A stretch of 41,924 bases of DNA from Azolla caroliniana (taxonomy: Eukaryota; Plantae; Polypodiophyta). This document shows positions 11,470-21,196 of this stretch, one piece after another. The stretch covers positions 1 to 41,924 of the forward strand of contig JBHGNT010000272.1 of NCBI GenBank assembly GCA_043228905.1, given 5' to 3'. The notes below the pieces were generated by a model. That model did no database searches. It saw only the letters and a list, made by a program, of their open reading frames with translations, and was not told where the DNA came from. Every line of letters starts with the position of its first letter. The first letter of the stretch is position 1. The position numbers and the translations under genes were made by a program.

Positions 11470-12581
11470 ACATCCTCTAATTGACTCAAGACATCGAATC
11501 TATTCTCATGGCATGGACTATGAGGCTTACTTATGTTATTAGAAGTAACAATAGAACTCGATGTAGGGTTTTCATGGGCACTTACTTGGTATACTTGATG
11601 CCTAGGTTTATGTGGACAATTTACAGCTATATGTCCTGGACCGCCACAATACAGGTAGAGGCGATGCACTCGACGTCGTTGCTTCTCAATATCTGACAAC
11701 GGCCCACGACGTTGTGTTGACTCTATTTCCATCGGAGTTGGGCCATCCCTTGTAATGGGTCTAGAAACTTGTGGAGGTGTTGCGACTATGGAAGCATAAG
11801 TCTGCTCAGGTTGACGACGTAACATTTGTTGGCACTCAAAACGTCGCTCAAATAGGTGATTATCACATCGCACGGCTCGACTAATGGCTTTTGTAAGCGA
11901 CTTCTGATCTTTGGGGAAAGTAAGAAGAAGATATTTGACATCATTTCGCAAACCTTGACGGAATTGATCCATTAAGGTTGCCTCATCCCAAGGGATATCA
12001 CATGCCAAGAGACGGAAATCAGCTGCGTAAGCCAACGCGGGACGATCTCCTTGTTGGAGCCTTTGAATTTTGTTTATCGTTGTCCTAGTGCTGTCGGTGT
12101 CTCCAAAACTAGCTTGAAACTCTTTAACAAATGCCTCGAAATCCTCCAACAATGGTGATTTCTTCACGAAAAGTGGTGTGAACCATGCTAACGTCGTACC
12201 GCATAACAAAGTTCCCACTAATCCCACATGAACAGCATCAGTTGGATACCGATTGGGATGTAGCTGAATAACCAGACGAACTTGATTTGAAAAGCCTCGA
12301 AATAAAGACCTCATACCTTCAAACTTGGCGGGGAGGCTGATCTTTGGCTCTCTATGGGAGTTCTGAGCCCCCGACGCGTGCTCTCGTAATGACAATATAG
12401 TCGCCTCGAGTTGATGAACCCGTTGTGATAACTCTTTATATTGTTGAGCTTTTTCAACACTCACGTGTTGTAGGTCTCCAAGTAGCCTTTGATTCTCATG
12501 CTCTAATGCCACAAATTTATTCTTGAGCATGTTGAGCTCAGAAAGAACACACATGTATTCTTGTTTGCTCACAGACTCCAT
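11457..12581 (-). CDS. Chromovirus Gag (374 aa, open)
   Basis: N-terminal coiled coil, retrotransposon gag domain (REPKISLPAKFEG, LQQG, FRQGLR), PTPMEI, and a zinc knuckle with its first Cys changed (YLYCGGPGHIAVNCP). Confidence 0.9.
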   Translation of the reverse strand: MESVSKQEYMCVLSELNMLKNKFVALEHENQRLLGDLQHVSVEKAQQYKELSQRVHQLEATILSLREHASGAQNSHREPKISLPAKFEGMRSLFRGFSNQVRLVIQLHPNRYPTDAVHVGLVGTLLCGTTLAWFTPLFVKKSPLLEDFEAFVKEFQASFGDTDSTRTTINKIQRLQQGDRPALAYAADFRLLACDIPWDEATLMDQFRQGLRNDVKYLLLTFPKDQKSLTKAISRAVRCDNHLFERRFECQQMLRRQPEQTYASIVATPPQVSRPITRDGPTPMEIESTQRRGPLSDIEKQRRRVHRLYLYCGGPGHIAVNCPHKPRHQVYQVSAHENPTSSSIVTSNNISKPHSPCHENRFDVLSQLEDVLNE

Positions 12582-12654
12582 AGCGTACGAGGGGAGAGGA
12601 GAAGGAAGAAGAGAACTTGTTAGGGTTTGTGGAAGACGAAGAGATGAAAGGAAA

Positions 12655-12666
12655 AAATTGGTTCAA
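12655..12666 (-). promoter_or_regulatory. Putative self-priming PBS (TTGAACCAATTT)
   Basis: Lies 2 nt after the ...GAGACA U5 end. It is the exact complement of AAATTGGTTCAA (7648-7637), 33 nt downstream of the start of the LTR TATA box. Confidence 0.75.
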
Positions 12667-12997
12667 ACTGTCTCTTTCAATTATCTCTCTCTCTCTGTCT
12701 CTCTCTCTTGACACTCATTTCGCCCCATCTTGTCTCCTTGATCTTTATCTTCGTTTTCACGCTCTTGTGTTGTTCCCAGCTTCTTATGTTCCATGCTCTT
12801 AGCCCCATCATCCGGGCTCCCAACTTCCCAAGTTTATAGCCTCGTCACTTCTAGCTCTAAGTTCGTAGCCCATCGCTTGTAGCCCCATCATCTGTGCTCC
12901 GTCCGAGTCCGCGATTGGCGTGTCTGTGACAACTATTTGCTACCGTAGTGCCGCTACATACCACATGTACGTGACCGAAGGAAGACACTACATCAGC

Positions 12998-15400
12998 ATG
13001 AACACACAAATGGGTAGCTCGCTCCCTAGTGAAAAGCTAGACCGGAGCAATTTCTGATCTTGGGAGTACAAGATGAACCAATAAGTAGTCGGCCAAGGGT
13101 ATTGGAGCTACATTGACGACACCCTCGAAAACAAACCTGTCATCACAAAAGCCAACTACCCAACATGGGAGCAAGGGGTAAGTCAAGTGATGTCCTGTTT
13201 GGCAACATGTGACCACAATCACATGTTCTGTCACATTCGAGACGCCAAGACGCCTAAACAAGCATGGCTGAATTTGAGAAAAATATTTGTTGCCAATACG
13301 ACCGCCCGCAAGCTTCAACTCTTGCAAGAGTTGAAAACAACATTCGACAAAAACACATGTCCATGTCGAACTACACATCCAAGATCAAGAGCATTTACGA
13401 TGCACTTAGCACCATCAACATAAACCTTGAAGAGGACAAAATGGTGCAAGTGTGCTTGGGTAGCTTTGCAAAACGATTCAACCCAATAAGGACGATAATC
13501 TTGGTGAGGGAGAACCCTCATTCATTTTTAGACCTTCAATCCATGTTATTGGTTGAAGAGAATCATGTAAGAACAAAGAGTAAGACATCGGAAGGACAGA
13601 TGTTCTTCTTGAATTGAGGAGGCAGCCGAGGACGTGTTTGAGGCAGTAAAGGTCGATTCGTCCAAGGACGAGGCGGATGAGGTCTGACCTATGAAAATAA
13701 CTCCCAATTTCATAGGAAACACTCAAGGAACCTTCGGAAGAAGGGGGAGATTTCATGCTGAACAAGCTTGGCAAATCAGGTTTGCCACTTGCAACTACTG
13801 TGGTAAAATCGGCCATCGTGAAGAGGACTGCTAAAAATAAAGAAGTGAGTTGGCTTCCACAAGTCGACAAGTCACCAACTACGCCACCAACTCCGAATTC
13901 AAAAACTATGGAGGCATGTTCGTCATGAGACACAAAGCAAACACTATGTCGGGATCTATTTCAGCCAACACCTCCACATCAGAGGAAGTATGGTTCATCG
14001 ACTCAGGCACATCAAATCACATGATGTCTCACAAAGAATGGTTCAATGATTTGCGTACGCCCGATCAACCCGGCTACGTGGAGATGAGAGATGACATCAC
14101 ACATACCATTCGGCATATCGGCAATGTTCCTCTCATCATGGGCAACGACAATTACATCAAGTATGTCTTTCATGTTCCAACAATAACGAAGAATTTGGTC
14201 TCAGTCGGCCAAATCGTGGAGCAAGGCATGCATGTTCACTTCAACAATAGAGGCTGCTTTATAGAAAAGAATGGCCAACTCATAGCCAGAGGACGGAGAG
14301 AAGGTCGAATGTTTATTCTTGATTCGGAAGAGGTAAAATCTGACATGTATGCAAAGGGTCTCAAGGTTGAATCGATTATCGAGTTATGGCACAAGAGAAT
14401 CGGCCACATCAACCTCCAACGGCTCTGAGCTATGCAGTCGAAGGGAGTAGTTATCGGACATCCGACCTTTGAGTCAAAACGAGTTGACCGAGTATGTGAA
14501 GTTCGAGATGAAAGACATGAACGAACTTCATTACTTTCTGGGAATCGAGGTCATCCGAACTGACGATGGTATCATGCTCTCCAAACACACTACATCTTGA
14601 ACCTTTTGTTCAAGTTCAGTATGATGGACCACAAGCCCATTTCGACTCCCCTTGATCGCAACCCAAAATAGCACGCAAACTCTGATGCACCATGTGAGCC
14701 GACTCAATATCGGCAAATCGTAGGGAGTCTCATTTATGTAACTATCACTCGACCTAATCTGAGCTATCCGGTCAGCCTCCTTAGCCAATTTATGCAAACA
14801 CCATGCGACACACATTTGCATTATGTTAAGCGAGTCCTACGATATGTTAGTGGAACCATGGATCGCGGACTCTTCTATAAGACAAGAGCAACAATTCGGC
14901 TAGAAGGATACACAGATGCTGATTGGGCCAACAATGTATCCGATCGATGGTCAACATCCGGCTTCGTTTTCTCACTCGGAAGTGGAGCAATCTCTTGGAG
15001 TAGCAAAAAGCAACCAACGATTGCATTGTCCAACACCGAAGCGGAGTACAGAGGCGTGACCATCGCCACCTATGAAGCCATTTGGTTGAAGCGGTTACTC
15101 AAGGACTTCAATGAATCGGTCACCAAACTGATACGAATCTATCGTGACAATCAGAATATCATACAACTAGCTTGAAATCCAATATTTCATGCCCGGACAA
15201 AACACATAGAGGTCCACTACCACTATGTTCGGGAGCGCATTATTGTCGGAGATATCGACCTTCACCACGTCAGCACTAATCAACAGACGACCAATATCTT
15301 CACCAAGGCCTTAGGAGCAGACAAGCTCCACTAGTTTTCGCTAGCACTTGGCCTTCGACCACTTCACACTCCAATCCTTCGTCAACGGCTTGAGGGGGAA
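12998..15400 (+). pseudogene. Copia-2 gag-pol pseudogene lacking the integrase core and most of RT
   Basis: gag, CNYCGKIGHREEDC knuckle, WFIDSGTSNHM protease and LWHKRIGHIN, then a direct join near 14500 to RT C-terminal KFEMKDMNELHYFLGIEV. RNase H motifs YTDADWA and ISWSSKKQ follow. Confidence 0.92.
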
Positions 15401-15473
15401 GAACCGGTGATATGAGCTGGGAGTCAACGTCTATAGTCGAATCGAACGCCGAACATTTGAACTTGAGGGAATA

Positions 15474-15950
15474 TGTTGAGATATCAAGCTTAACTAAGTT
15501 TAGTTATTTTGTCATATTTGTAACTTAGTAGTTACCCACATAGAATCTAGTTAGTGTGTTAACTTCAAATCTTTAAATACAATTTTATGCTTGTACTTAA
15601 GAATGGATACATTCTAGATCCTCCACTACCGAGTACATTTAATATAGGACTTACATCCTTGTACTTATATTTTCTCACATACGTGCACCCTTGCACATGA
15701 GATGTATATATACCTCATGATGGGTATTTTTGGTTTTTGATGTCTTTTTAATATAAGTATAAGTTCCTTGAGCTACACATGTTAATCATCCCCCATTTAT
15801 CTTATTGTTCATAAGTGTAACTTCCTCTCTCTCTTTCTCTCACACATATGCACACATCACATAATCTTCCACGGCTTAATCACATACATGATTAACTACT
15901 CACATAATTAGATACTAATTAACCCTTAGTTAATTACCTAATTATTAACA
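15474..15950 (+). repeat. Copia-2 3' LTR
   Basis: Matches 5875-6333. Confidence 0.95.
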
Positions 15951-16204
15951 ATTTTCGGTCTATCTTTCTCATAGATCTACGGTCCAACCTCAACAGAAGA
16001 AATTTGAGATGAAATCATGAAATGTGTCAATGTAGATGCAAATGAATCAAAAAAGCTTGATAAAAATTTCCATGAAGAGATTTGAGGAAGTTACCACATG
16101 CTTCCAAAACCAATGAACCACTTACATATGATGAAAATGTATATTAAGATTTTGAGCTTGTTGAGATACAAGACATGGATGTATGCTTAAAGGAAGAAGA
16201 TGTG

Positions 16205-19200
16205 ATTATTATTATTTTTTTCCAAAATGAAGCTACTTTCCCATTAGTTAGGTAAGATTATTACAAAGAGACTGTACAAGGAGGCTTAAGCATAGAACGG
16301 GGAATCCCCCTCCACTCAAGTCCTAGAAATCAAGACTAGTTACAACGCCTTTCGGACGGACTACTTAGTGTAAGTACCAACAGCTAAAACAATGCCCTGT
16401 ACTGATGACTAGTACGAGACAACTCTTGGGGCCGACAATAGAGGGAGGGTGGTAAGTGAGCCGGAAACAGCCAATGTGGGGGTTGGTAGTTCCACCTTGG
16501 GCCACTTCCTCCTAGTGTCACCATAGGCGTGTTCCGCCATTTCTGCCAAAAACGAAAACGGGCAATATCCATGTCAGAGGAGTGGCTGCAAACCTCGTCC
16601 AATTGCCCTCGTAGGCAGCTAATAAGCGCAAACCATATGTCCATGATCACTTCCTCCGGGGGTCACACCAGATCCTGGAAGACCTTTAGGCAACGCGCTT
16701 TCCATACGTACCACACGGTGAAGCCTGCGATCAGCATCCAAATGTCCGGGAACCTAGGGGATGCGGACTGCAAGCCTCTCTCAAATCGAAACTTGGAGAT
16801 TTTTCCTTGCATGCATACATAGCACCAACTATCCGCATTGAAGGCGTCCGTCCACCTATCACTAGAATGATCAAGCCATGCCGCAACACTCCACGCTGCT
16901 GTTCCTTCCACTTCACATGCCGCAAGGAGGCGAGTCACCCTATCCCATACCTTTTGAGCGTGAGGGCAATCCCATAGATAATGCCTCAAAGTCTCAATAG
17001 GTGAATGGCAAAGTGGGCAGCCTAACGGGCCGCCACGTTTACCTAGCCATTCGCCAACTGGAACCACATTATGCCCGATTTGCCACCAAAAAAACTTTAT
17101 CTTTTCCGGCAAGTGGAGATGCTAGAGACCCTTCCAAAAGGTACTGAGCACCTCATCCGGGATGCCCAACGTATGCCAACCATTGCGAAGGGGGCCGTGT
17201 AGCTGCAGTTGAAAGGCTCGACCTAGTTTAGTGTTGTACTCGAAGAAATGGTGAAATCTGCCATCATGTTTCCACTTGAAATCCCCTGGGTCCCATTCTA
17301 GTTCGACGAGGGGACGACAACCATACACCCATAACTTCCAATGGGGTTCCACCTTAGCAACATCTAGGTCTGTCTTCCAGATGTTACCAACCTGTGCCAC
17401 CACGCGGATAGGGTGCCAAGAGCCCCTACTCTGACTCTCCCCAAAAATCCTATCTCTTCCCGATCCGCTCACGCCCTTCAGTGCCTTAACCCTTCCAGCC
17501 TCATCAAAGAGACCGAACCAAGCATCTTCTCTCACCTCCCCCATCAAAACCCTATCAACTGCCTCAACTAGAAATCTCCGCATTTTCATGGCTCCCTTGA
17601 GGGGAGGGGATGGGACCTCCTGGGCTCCTCCTAAAGCCATCGTGCATCTCCAATCATCTAAAGAGTGAAGTCCTGTTTGCGCCAGCTTTCCCCATGCTAG
17701 GCCCTTAAGTTGGCCTAACATCATGTTGTCACGTGTTCGCACCTGAGGGTTCCAAAATAATGGTTGTCTAGACCACTCGGTTAGTGTTGCCGGCGTGTGT
17801 TTGACCAAATGATGTCGTACGTGACACCATGCCCGCAAGATGGAGTTTGTGACCCTCTCCTTCGGAAGACAAGCCATCTTGGGTGGGACGCCGCTCGTGC
17901 AACACCAATTCAAGGAGTCGGGCCAAGGCCTACCATACTTGGGAGTCCCTGCCTGCAGCCTATTGCGGAGTAGAACCTTCCAACACCCCTTACCTGGTAG
18001 GAGGCAACGGACCACCATTTTGGCTAGCAATGCTCGACTTTGCATTAAGGGGTCGATGAGGCCAAGCCCCCCTTTGGCCCGCGGTTGTGTTAACCAATTC
18101 CATGACACTCTCGCGGCAGCCATCAGGTTGTCCTTTCCTGACCATATAAACCCCCTGATGGTAGCCTTAACCGCGCGCAAGCCTGAAGGGTCCATAATCC
18201 AGCACGAGACTGAGTGCCACATGGTGGCAAGCATCACTTGGTTCGCAATAAGAACCCTCCCAGCAAAGGATAGTTTAGACCTGCTCCATTGGTTCATCTT
18301 CTTGCTTAGTTTGGCTTGCACATGTGACAATTGCGCTCCCTTGGGGATTGCCCTCCCCATCGTAAATCCGAGGTACTTGAATGTCGTCCCGTCAGGGACC
18401 CATGCAAAATCAGCATGGGGATGCCACCTTGGATTCTCTTGTTCATTGAACCAGAGGCCTTGGGTTTTATCCCAATTGATCTTGGCACCGGTAGCCTGAC
18501 AAAAGTCTTCAACAAGATGTTCAGCTCGTTGTAGATTTGCATCATCACCCTGCAAAAAAAGGACCGTATCGTCGGCATATTCAGATAATAGAAGATCCTC
18601 AGTCGCATTGGGGATGGGCAATCCCCTTAGTCCGTTGCTTGGTGCTTGTAAGAAGGCTGAGAAAGCCTCGGTTACAAAGAGATAGAGATATGGGGCTAGG
18701 GGACAGCCTTGCCTCACTAAGTGATGTAGTTGGAAGGCGGGGCCCCTTGCACCAGCTACCAACACGCTACTGGTAGCAGTCCGATAGAGTGCAGAAGTGC
18801 AATTCCTCCATTGCGGGGGAAGACCCATAGCTCTCATCACTCTTTCCAGAAAGGGCCATAACACCCTGTCGTAGGCCTTCTCAAAGTCTAACATCAGAAT
18901 AGTCGAGCTCGATGCAGTGCTATCTGCCAATGCCATAACTTCCCAGAGAAGCAGCACATTGTCAAAGATACATCTACCTCTGATAAACCCTGTTTGATTC
19001 TCATGTATGATGTCCGGTAGGAAGCTTGTTATTCACCTAGCTAGGACTTTTGCGAGTATCTTGTATATCGTGTTAAGGATCGTGATTGGGCGCCATTGGC
19101 GTAGCTCGAGGCTTCGCCCTGCCGCTTTAGGGATGAGATAGATCATCCCTTCGCTAGTCCAGTTGGCATCGCTCCTGAGGACCAAATCTCTTGAATCCCA

Positions 19201-20275
19201 ACTTCCACTATCGGGATAACGGTTTCCCAATGAATCTCAAAAAAATCTCGTGAGAGACCATTAGGACCGGGGCATGCTCCTCTCCGCAAATCCCGAAGTT
19301 CCTCCGAGAGTTCTAATCGAGAAATGGGGCTATCAAGCACAACTTCCATCTCTTGGGTGACCTTGGGGTGAATGCAAGCCATCACTCTCTCAACCAGCTC
19401 CGTGTTTTGCTGCATATGCATAGGTGCGAGCAGGTTGCGATAGTATTGGGTTGCCATATGCAGAATCTCATCCTTGTCCTCCGTTATTGAGTCGTTTGGT
19501 TTGCGTAGCCCTTGTATATGTCCACCACCACCCTTGGGTGCCCTAGAGTGAAAGAAATGACGGTTGACCTTGTCGTCTGTTTTAGCCCACCATGTTGCGG
19601 CCCTGCGAAATAGCATGTGGTTCTTCTCCAACGTCCTTTCCCGCAGCTTCAACTTTGCTTCCTCCAACTTAGCTCTCGACCAATTGCAACTAGGGTCTGC
19701 TTGTAGCAAACGTTGCGCGGCCGCAACGGACTTTCGTAATTTTGTTTCAATGGCTCTAGCCTGTTTGAGGGCCACCTTGGTTTCCTATTGTAAAAAGGAG
19801 GAGGAGAGGGCCAGTTTCTTCTGCAAATCCTCACTGGCCGATTCACTTACACTGGTCTCTCGCCATATGCTCTGCAACCCTGCTTTCACCTTTGCACTCT
19901 TCAGGATCTTTGTGGGGATTTTCATAGTGAGACTCCCCTTGCTACCGCAGGGTGGGTTAAGGTCTAGTCTCATCGGCTGGTGATCCGAGAAGGTAAGACC
20001 TGCCAAGATAGCGAAGGAGCCCCCTAGCTCTTCGAGGGACGAGCTTATGTATATTCGGTCTAGCCGCGCAAGACTACCACCCCTAGAAGTCACTGCAACG
20101 CGGGAGAAGTGTAGCGAATGTGAGCATCTCCTAAGGGAAGAGCCCCATGTATCCTTCACCCCAATTTTCCCAATTAGGAAAGCCCAGGAGTCCAACTCCG
20201 CACCATGAAGCGGTCTTTGGGTCCCCCCTTTCCTATCTCCCAGATGCTCAGTCATGTTGAAATCTCCGGCCATTA
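16205..20275 (-). mobile_element. LINE-1: 5'-truncated L1/Tx1-like non-LTR retrotransposon (ORF2: endonuclease C-term, RT, zf-RVT), disrupted
   Basis: Motifs GDFN, RLDRIY, SDHQP, WRPITILN, LDFEKAYDRV, RQGCPLAP, YADD, KYLG and CPLC..ETLRHYLWDC. A/AAT-rich tail at ~16205-16221. Confidence 0.93.
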
Positions 20276-21196
20276 CCTGAATTATTCCTGAATTATTCCC
20301 TCATATTGTTAATAGTCAACATTTGATCACGTCAACATTTTGGTTAGATTCAGATAACACAACACAAGTAATATAAGATTTATCAACAGCTCGTAGAAAC
20401 ATTCAAGGGACAAATTCTACCATCACTTCTAACCATATAGCTAAACCTAGGCAAATGACCTTACATAATTTTGGTATGAAATAGAAAAAGACTTAGAAAT
20501 ATGATAATCCATTGATGATATCATTGTTTTCAAATGTTTGAATTTGGTTTGATGTGATCTTGTCATCAAACAATATAAATTTTTTGATCTTAGATTTTTC
20601 CCAACTTAATAGAATAATGCACTTAAATGGATGTTTATCATACATATATACATATGCATGTATGTACACACACTACAATTTCAGGTTCTATTTATGCATG
20701 TCATAGCCATAACACTTAAATCTCATTGTTTATTAATGCACATTGTGGCAATTGTTTGCGTCCTCGACTCTCTACTGATCTTTGCACATCAATCACTATT
20801 AGGTAACTTACATTGTTCATGGATCTGACTGAAAATGAGCTCTTTGCCATCACATGCTCACAAAATGCAAACCTTTGCAAACCCAAGCATGTTACTAATA
20901 TTTAGTTAAGGAGCCTTACAAATAGATTGATCTCCATGAAACAATAACTCCCAAATGCAAACCTTTTGTAAAGAGAATTTTGTCTAGTCATTAACCCCAA
21001 AAAGAAATATCTCATACAAATGATTGCTTTATTACAACAAAGTTGTGATGTTTTGCTTTTAGATAGGTGTTAAGGTTTGGAGAAAAGAACATGAAAAGCC
21101 AAACTCTCCCAAAATTATGGCTATGGAATACCTCTTTAGTCAAAGAATGTGAACAACCAAAGAACAAACAAAAGAAACATACATATATATGAAACC

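Larger units (their letters stand above)
7421..12713 (-). mobile_element. Ty3/gypsy chromovirus (Tcn1 / Tf1-sushi type) with atypical LTR arrangement
   Basis: gag-PR-RT-RH-INT-chromodomain on the minus strand. TGTCA..TGACA termini, TSD CTCAT at 7416-7420 and 12714-12718, PPT (AAAGAAGGGGGATAG on minus) at 7986-8000. Confidence 0.95.
6561..13205 (+). repeat. Tandem duplication of ~650-700 bp (copy 1 6561-7213; copy 2 7214-7420 plus 12714-13205, split by the chromovirus)
   Basis: The LTR-like 3' part, the leader and the gag start (ATG at 7006 and 12998) each occur twice. Confidence 0.9.
5875..15950 (+). mobile_element. Copia-2: internally deleted Ty1/copia element nested in the copia-1 3' LTR
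   Basis: Paired LTRs 5875-6333 and 15474-15950 (TG..CA), TSD ATTTT at 5870-5874 and 15951-15955, PBS TGGTATCAGA at 6334, PPT near 15465-15473. Confidence 0.95.
1109..15995 (+). mobile_element. Copia-1: decayed Ty1/copia retrotransposon (Tnt1/Tork-like) with both LTRs interrupted
   Basis: 5' LTR remnant 1109-1432 matches the 3' LTR (5448-5874 plus 15951-15995). PBS at 1436, gag-PR-INT-RT-RH order, PPT just before 5448. Confidence 0.93.

Noticed and set aside
15996-16204. AT-rich stretch that might be a decayed DNA-transposon coding remnant
   Set aside because: No frame with a recognisable motif and no TIR.
10781-19983. Long antisense ORFs (10781..11323, 17840..18499, 19564..19983)
   Set aside because: Shadow frames opposite retroelement pol/ORF2.
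20276-20297. Possible TSD for LINE-1 (ATTATT; CCTGAATTATT x2)
   Set aside because: Low-complexity match confounded with the (AAT)n tail, so it cannot be called reliably.
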